DNA of 32,000 bases from an uncultured Chloroflexia bacterium (GCA_963718915.1 CAVRAI010000004.1:690001-722000), one strand, 5' to 3'. Counted from the stretch's first letter, positions 18,454-25,990 are shown. A program made the numbers and translations. Notes: generated by a model not told the origin, from the letters alone.

Positions 18454-19740
18454 CTAGAATGTACGGCGCGGTGTCTTCTGTCCATTTTCATGCAGCGTCG
18501 CCAGGAAGACCTCGATATCGGACTCCGCCAGTAAACGCGAGAGGGCTGCGCCCCAGGCGTAGCGTCCGCGCTGGCGACGGTCGCTCAGCAGCAGGCGGAT
18601 GCGGAATATGCCGTCGAAGCGGACGAATAGCCGTATCAGGTGGGGTTTGGCGCTGGCGTCGTAGACTTTGGCGAAGGCTGCGGCATAGGCAGCCGTGGCG
18701 TCGGGGGCTCCGGTGGCATCCGCCGTCTCCGACCTCTCCGATTTCTCCGACTTCTTGCCACGCCGGTGCGTCGCCACCTCACCTGCGGCGTGTTCCTCGG
18801 CTTTTGCCAACCCACGGATACGCTCGTCGCGCACGTTGCGCATCACACAGCGCGCAGTGAAGCCTTTCTCAGGTCCGCCCAGCGTCGGCAGGCCATGCTC
18901 GCTGAATCCGGCCATCGCGCTGATACGCAGGGCGACATCGCGGCGCGAGCGGGCCTCCAGCAACGGAACATAGGCGATGCCCGGCGACTCGGCGCGTTGC
19001 CGATGCACTTTGCCAAGGGCAGCGGGCGCCCCCTCGGGCAGCGTCAATGAGACACCTTCCGGCAACAAGACTTTCTCAGGGATGCCCTGCGTGCGCTGGT
19101 GGAGGAAGATGTTGGTCTCGGACTGCGCCGCCAGGCTCTGCCACTCCACCGCCATCACCGCCGACTGCTGGCGGGCGACCGCGCGCAACTTATGATAGGC
19201 GGCGTGCGGTCCAAGCAGGCTGCGCGACTCGCGGACGAGCCGACCCGCCATCAGGAACTGCGTCAGGTCGAGGAGGAAAGCGGTCAGTTTGGCGCGCTCG
19301 GAGCTATCGGCGTCGCCATGCTGCGTCAGGAGCATCTGCGCGATCTCTTTGCGGCGCTCGGCGGGCATCCGGTTGATGGCGGCATGCGCTAGCTCGGTCA
19401 CGTCGTCGTAGTAGCGCAGGCGCAGCACGCTGATATCGTTCGGCGAGACCATCAGAGGCACGAGGATTTCGATATCTTCCTCGAACTCCTTGACCGTGGT
19501 GGAGATGCGCGGCAGAAGGATGACGATAGCCAGCAGCCCCAGTGAGGCGGCGACGGCGATCAGGGCGATCTGCACAGACGTCGGCGCGGTGTTGGCGATG
19601 AGCGAGGAGCTGAGGTTGATCGCCAGGCTGAGCAACGTCGAGATGACCACTGCGCTTGCGAGCAATTCCAGTGCCCGCCCCTGGGCCGCGCGCGTCTCCT
19701 CACGCAGTGTCGGTAGCGTATTTCGCCAGTCGTCGCTCAT
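18454..19740 (-). CDS. Hypothetical protein: two N-terminal TM helices plus a ~330-aa cytoplasmic domain with no recognisable motif
   Basis: The ORF track gives 18454..19836 from a TTG. I prefer the ATG at 19740 (MSDDWRNTLPTLREE...), preceded by GGAGAGGG/AAGGGTG. TM-like segments: LLASAVVISTLLSLAINLSSSLI and VQIALIAVAASLGLLAIVILLP. The rest matches no family I recognise. Coding is supported by length and non-degenerate composition only. Confidence 0.55.
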   Translation of the reverse strand: MSDDWRNTLPTLREETRAAQGRALELLASAVVISTLLSLAINLSSSLIANTAPTSVQIALIAVAASLGLLAIVILLPRISTTVKEFEEDIEILVPLMVSPNDISVLRLRYYDDVTELAHAAINRMPAERRKEIAQMLLTQHGDADSSERAKLTAFLLDLTQFLMAGRLVRESRSLLGPHAAYHKLRAVARQQSAVMAVEWQSLAAQSETNIFLHQRTQGIPEKVLLPEGVSLTLPEGAPAALGKVHRQRAESPGIAYVPLLEARSRRDVALRISAMAGFSEHGLPTLGGPEKGFTARCVMRNVRDERIRGLAKAEEHAAGEVATHRRGKKSEKSERSETADATGAPDATAAYAAAFAKVYDASAKPHLIRLFVRFDGIFRIRLLLSDRRQRGRYAWGAALSRLLAESDIEVFLATLHENGQKTPRRTF

Positions 19741-19973
19741 ATCACCCTTTGCCCTCTCCCCCGGCTTACGGCCCGCTGCCGCTCCGCGCGCTCGTCGCGC
19801 ACTTCTCGCCTTCGGCTCGCGCGTCAGCCCCCGCAAAAGGAGGGTAGCCAGAACGCCGGTTTCCGGCAGCGCCAGTATAGCATAGCTTGCACGCTACAGC
19901 AGCCCTGTTCAGGTTGCTGCGGTGCTATGCTGTGCTCAATGTCGCACGTCTGATAGACGGTGGAGGCAACATC

Positions 19974-20750
19974 ATGGCAGATACGGCTGATATGGCGGGG
20001 TCATTCGCTGGCAAGGTGGTCGTGGTCACGGGCGGCGGGTCTGGCATGGGGCGGGCGGCGTCGCTCGCCTTCGGGCACGCTGGCGCGCGGGTGATGGTCG
20101 CGGATATCCACGGCGGGACGGCTGAGGCGACGGCGGGGATGATTCGCGAGACTGGCGGCGAAGCGCAGTCCTTTGCGATGGATGTCTCACGCTCTGAGCA
20201 GGTCGAGGCGATGATCGAGGCGACGATGGCGGTGTGGGGTCGGATGGACTGCGCCTTCAACAACGCGGGCATCAACATCGAGCATGGGCCGCTGGTGGAG
20301 TGCAGCGAGGAGGAGTGGGAACGCGTGCTAGGGGTCAACCTGAAGGGCGTCTGGCTCTGCATGAAGGCGGAGATTCCGCGGATGCTGGCCAGTGGCGGCG
20401 GTCGGATCGTCAACAACGCCTCCATCGTCGGGCTGGCAGGCTCCCGCAACACGCCCGCCTACGTCGCCAGCAAGCATGGCATCGTCGGCCTGACCCGTGC
20501 CGCCGCGCTGGAATACGGGCAGGCGGGCATCCGCGTGAATGCGGTCTGCCCCGGCGCGATCAAGACGCAGATGTATCTCGACCGCGAGGGCGACGATCCC
20601 GCGAACAACGCGCGTATCGCCGACGCCAACCCACTAAACCGGCTCGGAAGCCCGGAGGATGTCGCGGGCGTGGTGCTCTGGCTCTGCTCGGACGCCGCGA
20701 GCTTCGTCACGGGCCACTGTCTGGTCGTGGACGGCGGCGAGACGGTGTAA
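19974..20750 (+). CDS. Short-chain dehydrogenase/reductase (classical SDR)
   Basis: The ORF track starts at 19887. The ATG at 19974 has a GGAGG RBS 7 nt upstream. Motifs TGGGSGMG, NNAG, NNAS...YVASK, CPGAIKT. Confidence 0.85.
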   Translation: MADTADMAGSFAGKVVVVTGGGSGMGRAASLAFGHAGARVMVADIHGGTAEATAGMIRETGGEAQSFAMDVSRSEQVEAMIEATMAVWGRMDCAFNNAGINIEHGPLVECSEEEWERVLGVNLKGVWLCMKAEIPRMLASGGGRIVNNASIVGLAGSRNTPAYVASKHGIVGLTRAAALEYGQAGIRVNAVCPGAIKTQMYLDREGDDPANNARIADANPLNRLGSPEDVAGVVLWLCSDAASFVTGHCLVVDGGETV

Positions 20751-20774
20751 GCCGGTGTGCGGATGATGGCCCTA

Positions 20775-20912
20775 CTATCCTCGCCGCCGCGTGAGAAAAA
20801 GTTCGACCCAGACGTCGGTGGCGCGGGCGCAGGCCAGTGCGGTATGCAGCGCGTAGCGGGTGGCGTCCAGCGCGTGATCGTACTGCTTGAGGGGCAGCTC
20901 GGCGAGGGCATC
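20775..20912 (-). pseudogene. Possible relic of the C-terminus of an RNaseH-fold nuclease (phage terminase large subunit-like)
   Basis: Minus-strand translation gives DALAELPLKQYDHALDATRYALHTALACARATDVWVELF...*. The DHxxDAxRYAL block resembles the last acidic motif of terminase large-subunit / RuvC-like nuclease domains. The frame upstream is replaced by GC-rich palindromic repeats, so only ~45 codons remain. Confidence 0.2.
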
Positions 20913-21025
20913 CCCGGACCTCACCCCCGGCCCCTCTCCAAAAGAGGGAGGGGAGCCAGATCCGGAGGCCACAGCAGTCGCCTCGTCGCCCCTCCCGCGT
21001 CGGGGAGGGGCGGGGCTGCCCCGCC
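20911..21025. repeat. Cluster of GC-rich imperfect palindromes (stem-loop repeats)
   Basis: Three hairpins. (1) CCCCTCTCC-AAAA-GAGGGAGGGG (20930-20952) with outer arms CCGGA/TCCGG. (2) A perfect 10-bp hairpin CGCCCCTCCC / GGGAGGGGCG (20986-20995 / 21003-21012). (3) CGGGG-CTG-CCCCG (21011-21023). Confidence 0.5.
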
Positions 21026-21036
21026 GGGGTCCGCGC

Positions 21037-21066
21037 TTGCGGCGCCATTCCCTCCCCTGCTACAAT
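21037..21066 (+). promoter_or_regulatory. Candidate promoter for lipA
   Basis: TTGCGG (21037-21042), 18-nt spacer, TACAAT (21061-21066). It would give an ~80-nt leader containing the tandem 9-mers. Confidence 0.3.
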
Positions 21067-21100
21067 GCGGGCAGAGACGTTGGCCCACAATGAGCCGCGC

Positions 21101-21136
21101 GTGAGAGACATGAGAGACGTGAGAGACGCTAGACAC
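21101..21136. repeat. Tandem 9-bp repeat x4 immediately upstream of the lipA RBS
   Basis: GTGAGAGAC (21101-21109), ATGAGAGAC (21110-21118), GTGAGAGAC (21119-21127), GCTAGACAC (21128-21136). A related GCAGAGACG lies at 21071-21079. Confidence 0.7.
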
Positions 21137-21150
21137 GAGGGATATCCAGC

Positions 21151-22026
21151 ATGGCCGTTCTCCCAAATGAGCGCCGCCCCGACTGGCTGCGGGTGCGTCT
21201 GCCCGTCGGCGACAACTATAACGACCTGAAGAACCTGATGCGCAGCAAGTCGCTGCACACCGTCTGCGAGGAGGCGCGCTGCCCCAATATGGGCGAGTGC
21301 TGGGCCAACCGCACCGCCACCTTCATGATCCTCGGCAGCGTCTGCACCCGTAGCTGCGGCTTCTGCGCCGTGGCAACCGGGCGACCGATGGCGCTCGACT
21401 GGGAGGAGCCGCGCCGCGTGGCCGAGGCGGTGACGCAGATGGGCCTCAACCATGTTGTCGTCACCTCAGTCAACCGCGACGAGCTGCACGACGGCGGCGC
21501 GACCCTCTTCGCCGCCACCATTCGCTGGATACGCCGCATGAACCCAGCGTGCGCCGTCGAGGTGCTGACGCCGGACTTCAAAGGCTCGCGCGAGGCGCTC
21601 AAGGTCGTGATGGACGCAAAGCCCGACGTCTTCAACCACAATGTCGAGACGGTTCCGCGTCTCTATCGCCGGGTGCGCCCGCAGGCGGTCTACGAGCGCT
21701 CGCTGGAGGTGCTGGCCTGGGCAAAAGAGATGCAGCCCGAGAAGCCGACCAAGACAGGTTTTATGCTGGGCCTGGGTGAGACGCACGATGAGATCGTCGC
21801 GTTGCTGCGCGATATCCGCGCCCATAACATCGATATCGTCACCATCGGCCAGTATCTGCGCCCCTCGCCGCAACACCTGCCCATCGAGCGCTACGTCCCG
21901 CCGGATGAGTTCCGCGAATATGCGCGTATCGGTCGTGAGATGGGCTTCCGCAACGTCTATAGCGGGCCACTGGTGCGTAGCTCGTATCACGCCTGGGATC
22001 AGGTCAAGCAGCTCGCCGACGCATAA
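21151..22026 (+). CDS. lipA: Lipoyl synthase
   Basis: 291 aa. Auxiliary cluster motif [12 protein letters not shown], radical-SAM motif [11 protein letters not shown]-terminal [10 protein letters not shown]. Confidence 0.93.
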   Translation: MAVLPNERRPDWLRVRLPVGDNYNDLKNLMRSKSLHTVCEEARCPNMGECWANRTATFMILGSVCTRSCGFCAVATGRPMALDWEEPRRVAEAVTQMGLNHVVVTSVNRDELHDGGATLFAATIRWIRRMNPACAVEVLTPDFKGSREALKVVMDAKPDVFNHNVETVPRLYRRVRPQAVYERSLEVLAWAKEMQPEKPTKTGFMLGLGETHDEIVALLRDIRAHNIDIVTIGQYLRPSPQHLPIERYVPPDEFREYARIGREMGFRNVYSGPLVRSSYHAWDQVKQLADA

Positions 22027-22082
22027 GCCGAACAGCAAAGCGTGAAGGTCATTCCAAAAGGCGCTGGCGCCTGGGGGAGCAT

Positions 22083-22156
22083 GCCGTAGCGTAAACGCTA
22101 CGGCGAATGGAGCAGACGATTTGGTCGGTCAGGCGAATTCGCTGGCAGGCTCCGGC
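22083..22156 (-). repeat. Structured palindromic repeat, copy 1 (inverted relative to copies 2 and 3)
   Basis: GCCGTAGCGTAAACGCTACGGCGAATGG ... GCGAATTCGCTGGCAGGCTCCGGC. The reverse complement aligns with copies 2 and 3. It contains the 10-bp-arm hairpin GCCGTAGCGT/ACGCTACGGC and the GCGAAT/ATTCGC long-range inverted repeat. Confidence 0.7.
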
Positions 22157-22334
22157 TCGCTTCCCCGAAGGATAAGAACTCAAGCGGAAATGTTGTAATC
22201 CGAGGGATAAACAACGCCCGGAACGCCCCACCAGGCCATCCGCTCATGGTCTGATGAAAACGTCCGGGCGTCCCAGGAGAGCGTGCATGCGATTGGGAAA
22301 CCTCACTGCTCTGCTGTACTCTACCAAAGCGCGG

Positions 22335-22382
22335 CGCAGACCTCCGCAGAAAGTGACGCGCCCAGCGCAGAAGCAGCGCAGA
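22335..22382 (+). promoter_or_regulatory. Four helically phased CGCAGA repeats upstream of the FAD oxidoreductase
   Basis: CGCAGA starts at 22335, 22345, 22366 and 22377 (spacing 10, 21, 11 bp). The last two sit within a tandem AGCGCAGAA-GC-AGCGCAGAA. The array lies 65-110 nt upstream of the GTG start. Confidence 0.3.
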
Positions 22383-22446
22383 ACCCGCGCACGTTTCGCC
22401 ACCTCGCAAATCCACTGACGCCAGAAACTGCCGGAAGGAGCGCCCC

Positions 22447-23649
22447 GTGGCCACCTTTGACCCGCGCTACACAGACGAGCTACCGGAGATCGCCGATCTT
22501 GTCATCATCGGCGGTGGCATCATCGGCGCGGCGACCGCGTATTTTGCCGCGCGGGCTGGGCTTCTGCCCATCGTGCTCGAAAAGCAGGCCATGCCCGGCA
22601 CTCTTACGACGCCTAAGGCTACCGGAGCTTTTCGCGCGCAGTTCGATAATCCCGACGAGATGGCGCTGGTGCGCGAGGGCATCGACCTCTACACCAATTT
22701 TGGCGAACGTACCGGGCTGGATGGCTACGACCTCGGCATTCATCAGCAGGGCTACCTCTGGCTCGCCACGACCCCCGAGACGGCGCGACGCCAACGCGAA
22801 CTGGTGGATGAGCAGCGCGCCTGGGGTCTGGATGATGTCGAACTGCTAGATGGCGATGAGGCGCGGCGGCGTTTCCCCTATGTGAGCGAAGATGTGCTGG
22901 GCGCGCGCTATCGTGCGGGCGATGGCTGGCTGGATGTGCGCAGGCTGCTGATGGGCTATGCGCGCGCCAGTCAGGCGCCGCTGGCGCTGGAAACGACGGT
23001 CATGGGCATCGAGGTCGCGGGCGGGCGCGTGCATGGCGTGCGGACGAGCCGAGGCTACGTCTCTACCGAGCGCGTGGTGATCGCCGCTGGGCCATTCTCA
23101 GCGGAGGTCGGGCGGCTGGCGGGTCTCGACCTGCCGATCACCTGCGTCCGGCGACAGCGGCTGATTCTGCCGGAGACCCCCGAAGTTCCGCGGGATGCGC
23201 CGATGACTATTGACGAGGAGACTGGCGCGCACTGGCGGCCCTGGCTCTCCGGCGCGCACCTGATGTGGACAACGCCCACCGAGCCAGCCACCCCGCCTAT
23301 GGAAGATGTGCCCACCAGCCTCGCCTTCGCCTACGGGCTGCTCAACCCCGCCAGTGAGCACGCCGTCGCGCGCATCAGCCCGTTCTGGCGCGATGTCTGG
23401 CTGCGCAACACTGCACACTGGCTGCTCGTCGCCGGCCAGTATTCCTACACACCCGACCATCGTCCGCTGCTCGGCGCGACTCCAATTGAAGGTCTCTACG
23501 TCAACTGCGGCTATAGCGGCCACGGCATCATGGGCAGTGCGGGCGGCAGTCGCCTGACGGTGGACGTTATCACTGGAGCCGTCGCCAGCGCCGACAACCC
23601 CTTCCGGCTGGATCGTCCCTTCGCCGAGCGCGCGCTCGATGTGCTGTAG
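22447..23649 (+). CDS. FAD-dependent oxidoreductase (DAO / glycine-sarcosine oxidase-like family)
   Basis: 400 aa, GTG start with AAGGAG 6 nt upstream. Dinucleotide fold DLVIIGGGIIGAATAYFAARAG..VLE and C-terminal GYSGHGIMGSAGGSRL are typical of the DAO family. The substrate cannot be assigned. Confidence 0.8.
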   Translation: MATFDPRYTDELPEIADLVIIGGGIIGAATAYFAARAGLLPIVLEKQAMPGTLTTPKATGAFRAQFDNPDEMALVREGIDLYTNFGERTGLDGYDLGIHQQGYLWLATTPETARRQRELVDEQRAWGLDDVELLDGDEARRRFPYVSEDVLGARYRAGDGWLDVRRLLMGYARASQAPLALETTVMGIEVAGGRVHGVRTSRGYVSTERVVIAAGPFSAEVGRLAGLDLPITCVRRQRLILPETPEVPRDAPMTIDEETGAHWRPWLSGAHLMWTTPTEPATPPMEDVPTSLAFAYGLLNPASEHAVARISPFWRDVWLRNTAHWLLVAGQYSYTPDHRPLLGATPIEGLYVNCGYSGHGIMGSAGGSRLTVDVITGAVASADNPFRLDRPFAERALDVL

Positions 23650-23693
23650 TGCGGGCGGTTGATGTGGTTTGGATCAGCATGCCGGAGCCAGAA

Positions 23694-24847
23694 ACGTTTG
23701 GTGTGAGTTAGGCGCTCGTGCACAGGGAGCAAGTAGAAAGGAGGCGCCACAGTGGCAGACTGAGGGAAAGACCAATTCCTCGAAAAGGAGGCCCTCAGAT
23801 GCTCGATGTGGACACCTTCCTAACGACAGTCTACGTGTTGGTGGACGAGTACGACAAGACCGCCTTGCCGCCCGACCCGCCGACGCCTGGCCCCGCTCCG
23901 GCGCTCGCGCGCAGCGAAGCCTTGACGTTGGCGCTCTTCGCCCAATGGGGCCTGTTTGCGAGTGAGCGGGCCTTCTACCGCTATGCCGAGCGCCATTTGC
24001 GCCCGGCTTTCCCGACCTTGCCCGCGCGCAGCCAGTATAACCGCCAGGTGCGCCGCCTGAGTGCCGCCTTGATCGCGGTGGGCATCGCGGTGGGCCAGTG
24101 GGTCGCGGCGCGGCTGCGCGACACGCTGCGCGACACGCTGGCGGCAGCAGGCGGAGCAGGCGGAGCGGACGATGCCTACGAAGTGGTCGATAGCCTGGGG
24201 GTGGCGACGCGGCATAACCAACGCCGAGGACGCGGCTGGTTGCCGGGCCAGGCGGCGCGGGGCTACTGCAATCGGCTCGGCTGGTACGTCGGTTTCCATG
24301 TGCTGACCGTCGTCACGCCCCAGGGAATCCTCACCGGCTTTGGCATCGCGCCCGGCAACAGCGCCGACCAATGGCTCGCGGAGACGTTGTTCGCCGCCCG
24401 CCACCACCCGCACTCCCGCTGGCCCGAGGTGGGCCAGCCGCACGCGCCGCACGCGCCGCACGCGGCGCAGTGGTATCTGGCCGATACCGGCTTTGAGGGC
24501 GCCCGCTGGGTCACGCCGTGGCGCACCCAGTACCAGGCGCGCGTCCTCATCCCGCCCAAGCGGGGCACCGAGCGTCAACGCCCCGTGCAGCCCTGGTCCC
24601 ACGCTGCGCGCCATGCCTTTGCCCGCTGCCGCCAGATCATCGAGAGCGTCCATGACAAGCTCCTGCACACCTTCGGCCTGGAGCATGAACGCCCCCATGC
24701 GCTGCCGGGGTTCCGCGCCCGCCTCGCCGCGCGGGTGACGCTCCATAATCTCTGTTGTTGGCTCAATTACCAACTCGGACGTCCTTTGCTCGCTTTTGCT
24801 GATCTGATCGACTGGTAAGGAGTGCCCAGATAACTCACACCAAACGT
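23694..24847 (+). mobile_element. IS982-family insertion sequence (1154 bp), apparently intact
   Basis: Perfect terminal inverted repeats ACGTTTGGTGTGAGTTA (23694-23710) and TAACTCACACCAAACGT (24831-24847); 18 bp if A23693/T24848 are included. Single transposase ORF. Flanks AGAA (23690-23693) and TGAA (24848-24851) look like a 3-4 bp target-site duplication. Confidence 0.8.
23799..24818 (+). CDS. IS982-family DDE transposase
   Basis: ATG at 23799 with AAGGAG 8 nt upstream (the ORF track starts at 23718). IS982-like blocks: LDVDTFLTTVYVLVDEY, SEALTLALFAQWGLFASERAFYRY..FPTLPARSQYNRQVRRL, VVDSLGV (D), GWYVGFHVLTVVTPQGILTGFGIAPGNSAD, YLADTGFEG (D), RQIIESVHDKLLHTFGLEHERPH (E). Confidence 0.85.
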   Translation: MLDVDTFLTTVYVLVDEYDKTALPPDPPTPGPAPALARSEALTLALFAQWGLFASERAFYRYAERHLRPAFPTLPARSQYNRQVRRLSAALIAVGIAVGQWVAARLRDTLRDTLAAAGGAGGADDAYEVVDSLGVATRHNQRRGRGWLPGQAARGYCNRLGWYVGFHVLTVVTPQGILTGFGIAPGNSADQWLAETLFAARHHPHSRWPEVGQPHAPHAPHAAQWYLADTGFEGARWVTPWRTQYQARVLIPPKRGTERQRPVQPWSHAARHAFARCRQIIESVHDKLLHTFGLEHERPHALPGFRARLAARVTLHNLCCWLNYQLGRPLLAFADLIDW

Positions 24848-24917
24848 TGAAGGCCCCGGCGAATCACCCTATCCAGCCAGCGCATGCGCCCATTCGCCGT
24901 AGCGTTGACGCTACGGC
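24848..24917 (+). repeat. Structured palindromic repeat, copy 2 (right part; the left arm GCCGGAGCC is at 23681-23689, severed by the IS)
   Basis: TGAAGGCCCCGGCGAATCACCC...GCCCATTCGCCGTAGCGTTGACGCTACGGC. It ends 8 nt from the thiY-like stop codon. Confidence 0.7.
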
Positions 24918-24925
24918 CTGCTCTC

Positions 24926-25990
24926 TCACGAGCATGCGGGCAGAAACTGGTTGGTGAACGCCGCGCTATAATCAGGCTCTTTGGTGACCGGATTGCCGTT
25001 GGTGTCCTGAATCGCGTGGTGGTTGAACATGAAGCGCGGATAGTTTGTCCACGAGGCCAGCGACTGTGTGCCCCAGCACGGCTCGCCCGGCGCGTAGAGC
25101 GGGCTGAGATACGCCTGACTCTTGTAGACCAGTTGCGGATCGTCGAAGCTGCCCTTGGGCGCGCCGTTAATCAGTAGCTTTGCCGCGTCGTCGGGGTGCT
25201 GGATGGCGTATTCGTAGCCCTCGGCGGTCGCCTTCATAAAGCGCTTGATGATGTCGGGGTGCTGCTGGATGAACTGCTGATTCGTGATGATAACCGGCGA
25301 CGAGTAGTCGGGGATGCAGTAGTCCGGCAGCGGGAAGACATTAAGCGCGACACCCTGCACCTGCGCCTCGATGCCCTCCCAGCCCATGTAGACCCAGGCG
25401 AAATCGAACTGACCGCTCTTGAGCGCCGCGATGGGATCAAGCTGCGTCGTGACGTTCTGGAAATTGGTGCTGGGCGCGCCCGCGCAACTGAGCATCTGGG
25501 AGATGACTGGCTGCTCGTATGCTCCGCCAAAACCCGCGTAGCGCTTGCCCGCCAGCTTCGCGACGCTATCTAGCCCGGAACTCTTGAGCGTGATGAGCGC
25601 CGAGGTGTTGTGTTCGATGATCGCGCCCACCGAGACGATGGGCACATCCTGCGCGCGGAATGTCGTCACCGATTCGGGGAAGCTGATGCCGAACTCCGCC
25701 TTGCCCGTGCCCACAAGCTGTTCGGGATAGACGCTACTCGAATAGGGGGTCAGCGACAGATCAATGCCATTTTGCCGGTAATAGCCCTTCTGCATCGCCA
25801 CATAGATACCGGTGTGGTTGGTGTTGGGCGTCCAGTCGAGGGCGAGCGAGACCTTCGCCACTGGGCCGTCATATGATGACGTGGTGGACTGGCCGATGCA
25901 GCCCGCGAGTAGCGGCAGCGCCACCAGCAGGAGCAGCGCGACCAGTTGTGGAGCCGATTTGATACGACGCAATTGTGCGAATGATTCCAT
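24926..25990 (-). CDS. thiY: ABC transporter substrate-binding lipoprotein, NMT1/THI5-like (ThiY-type HMP / formylaminopyrimidine binding)
   Basis: The ORF track extends to 26131 through the repeat element. I prefer the ATG at 25990 with AAGGAG 10 nt upstream. Lipoprotein signal MESFAQLRRIKSAPQLVALLLLVALPLLAGC. NMT1/THI5 block LALDWTPNTNHTGIYVAMQKGYY. Last gene of a TPP-riboswitch-controlled operon. Confidence 0.8.
   Translation of the reverse strand: MESFAQLRRIKSAPQLVALLLLVALPLLAGCIGQSTTSSYDGPVAKVSLALDWTPNTNHTGIYVAMQKGYYRQNGIDLSLTPYSSSVYPEQLVGTGKAEFGISFPESVTTFRAQDVPIVSVGAIIEHNTSALITLKSSGLDSVAKLAGKRYAGFGGAYEQPVISQMLSCAGAPSTNFQNVTTQLDPIAALKSGQFDFAWVYMGWEGIEAQVQGVALNVFPLPDYCIPDYSSPVIITNQQFIQQHPDIIKRFMKATAEGYEYAIQHPDDAAKLLINGAPKGSFDDPQLVYKSQAYLSPLYAPGEPCWGTQSLASWTNYPRFMFNHHAIQDTNGNPVTKEPDYSAAFTNQFLPACS

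Noticed and set aside
21101-21136. Tandem 9-mers as a CRISPR-like array
   Set aside because: The units are contiguous with no spacers and only 9 bp long. No cas genes are present. This is a microsatellite-type tandem repeat.
20707-21453. 248-aa - strand ORF spanning the SDR/lipA gap and the lipA 5' end
   Set aside because: It reads through the GC-rich palindromes and tandem 9-mers and runs antisense to lipA. Only the 20775-20912 frame shows anything protein-like, and that is reported separately as a low-confidence relic.
22157-22446. Glycine riboswitch, SRP RNA or another known RNA upstream of the FAD oxidoreductase
   Set aside because: I could not find the ACCGAAGGGGCAA / CUCUGGAGAG glycine-aptamer blocks or the SRP domain IV motif. 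CCGGAAGGAGC is simply the RBS. The region is kept as an unexplained structured leader in the findings.
23820-24773. 317-aa - strand ORF inside the IS
   Set aside because: It is antisense to the transposase, which carries clear IS982-type D, D and E blocks and an RBS. The composition is Arg/Ala/Gly-rich.
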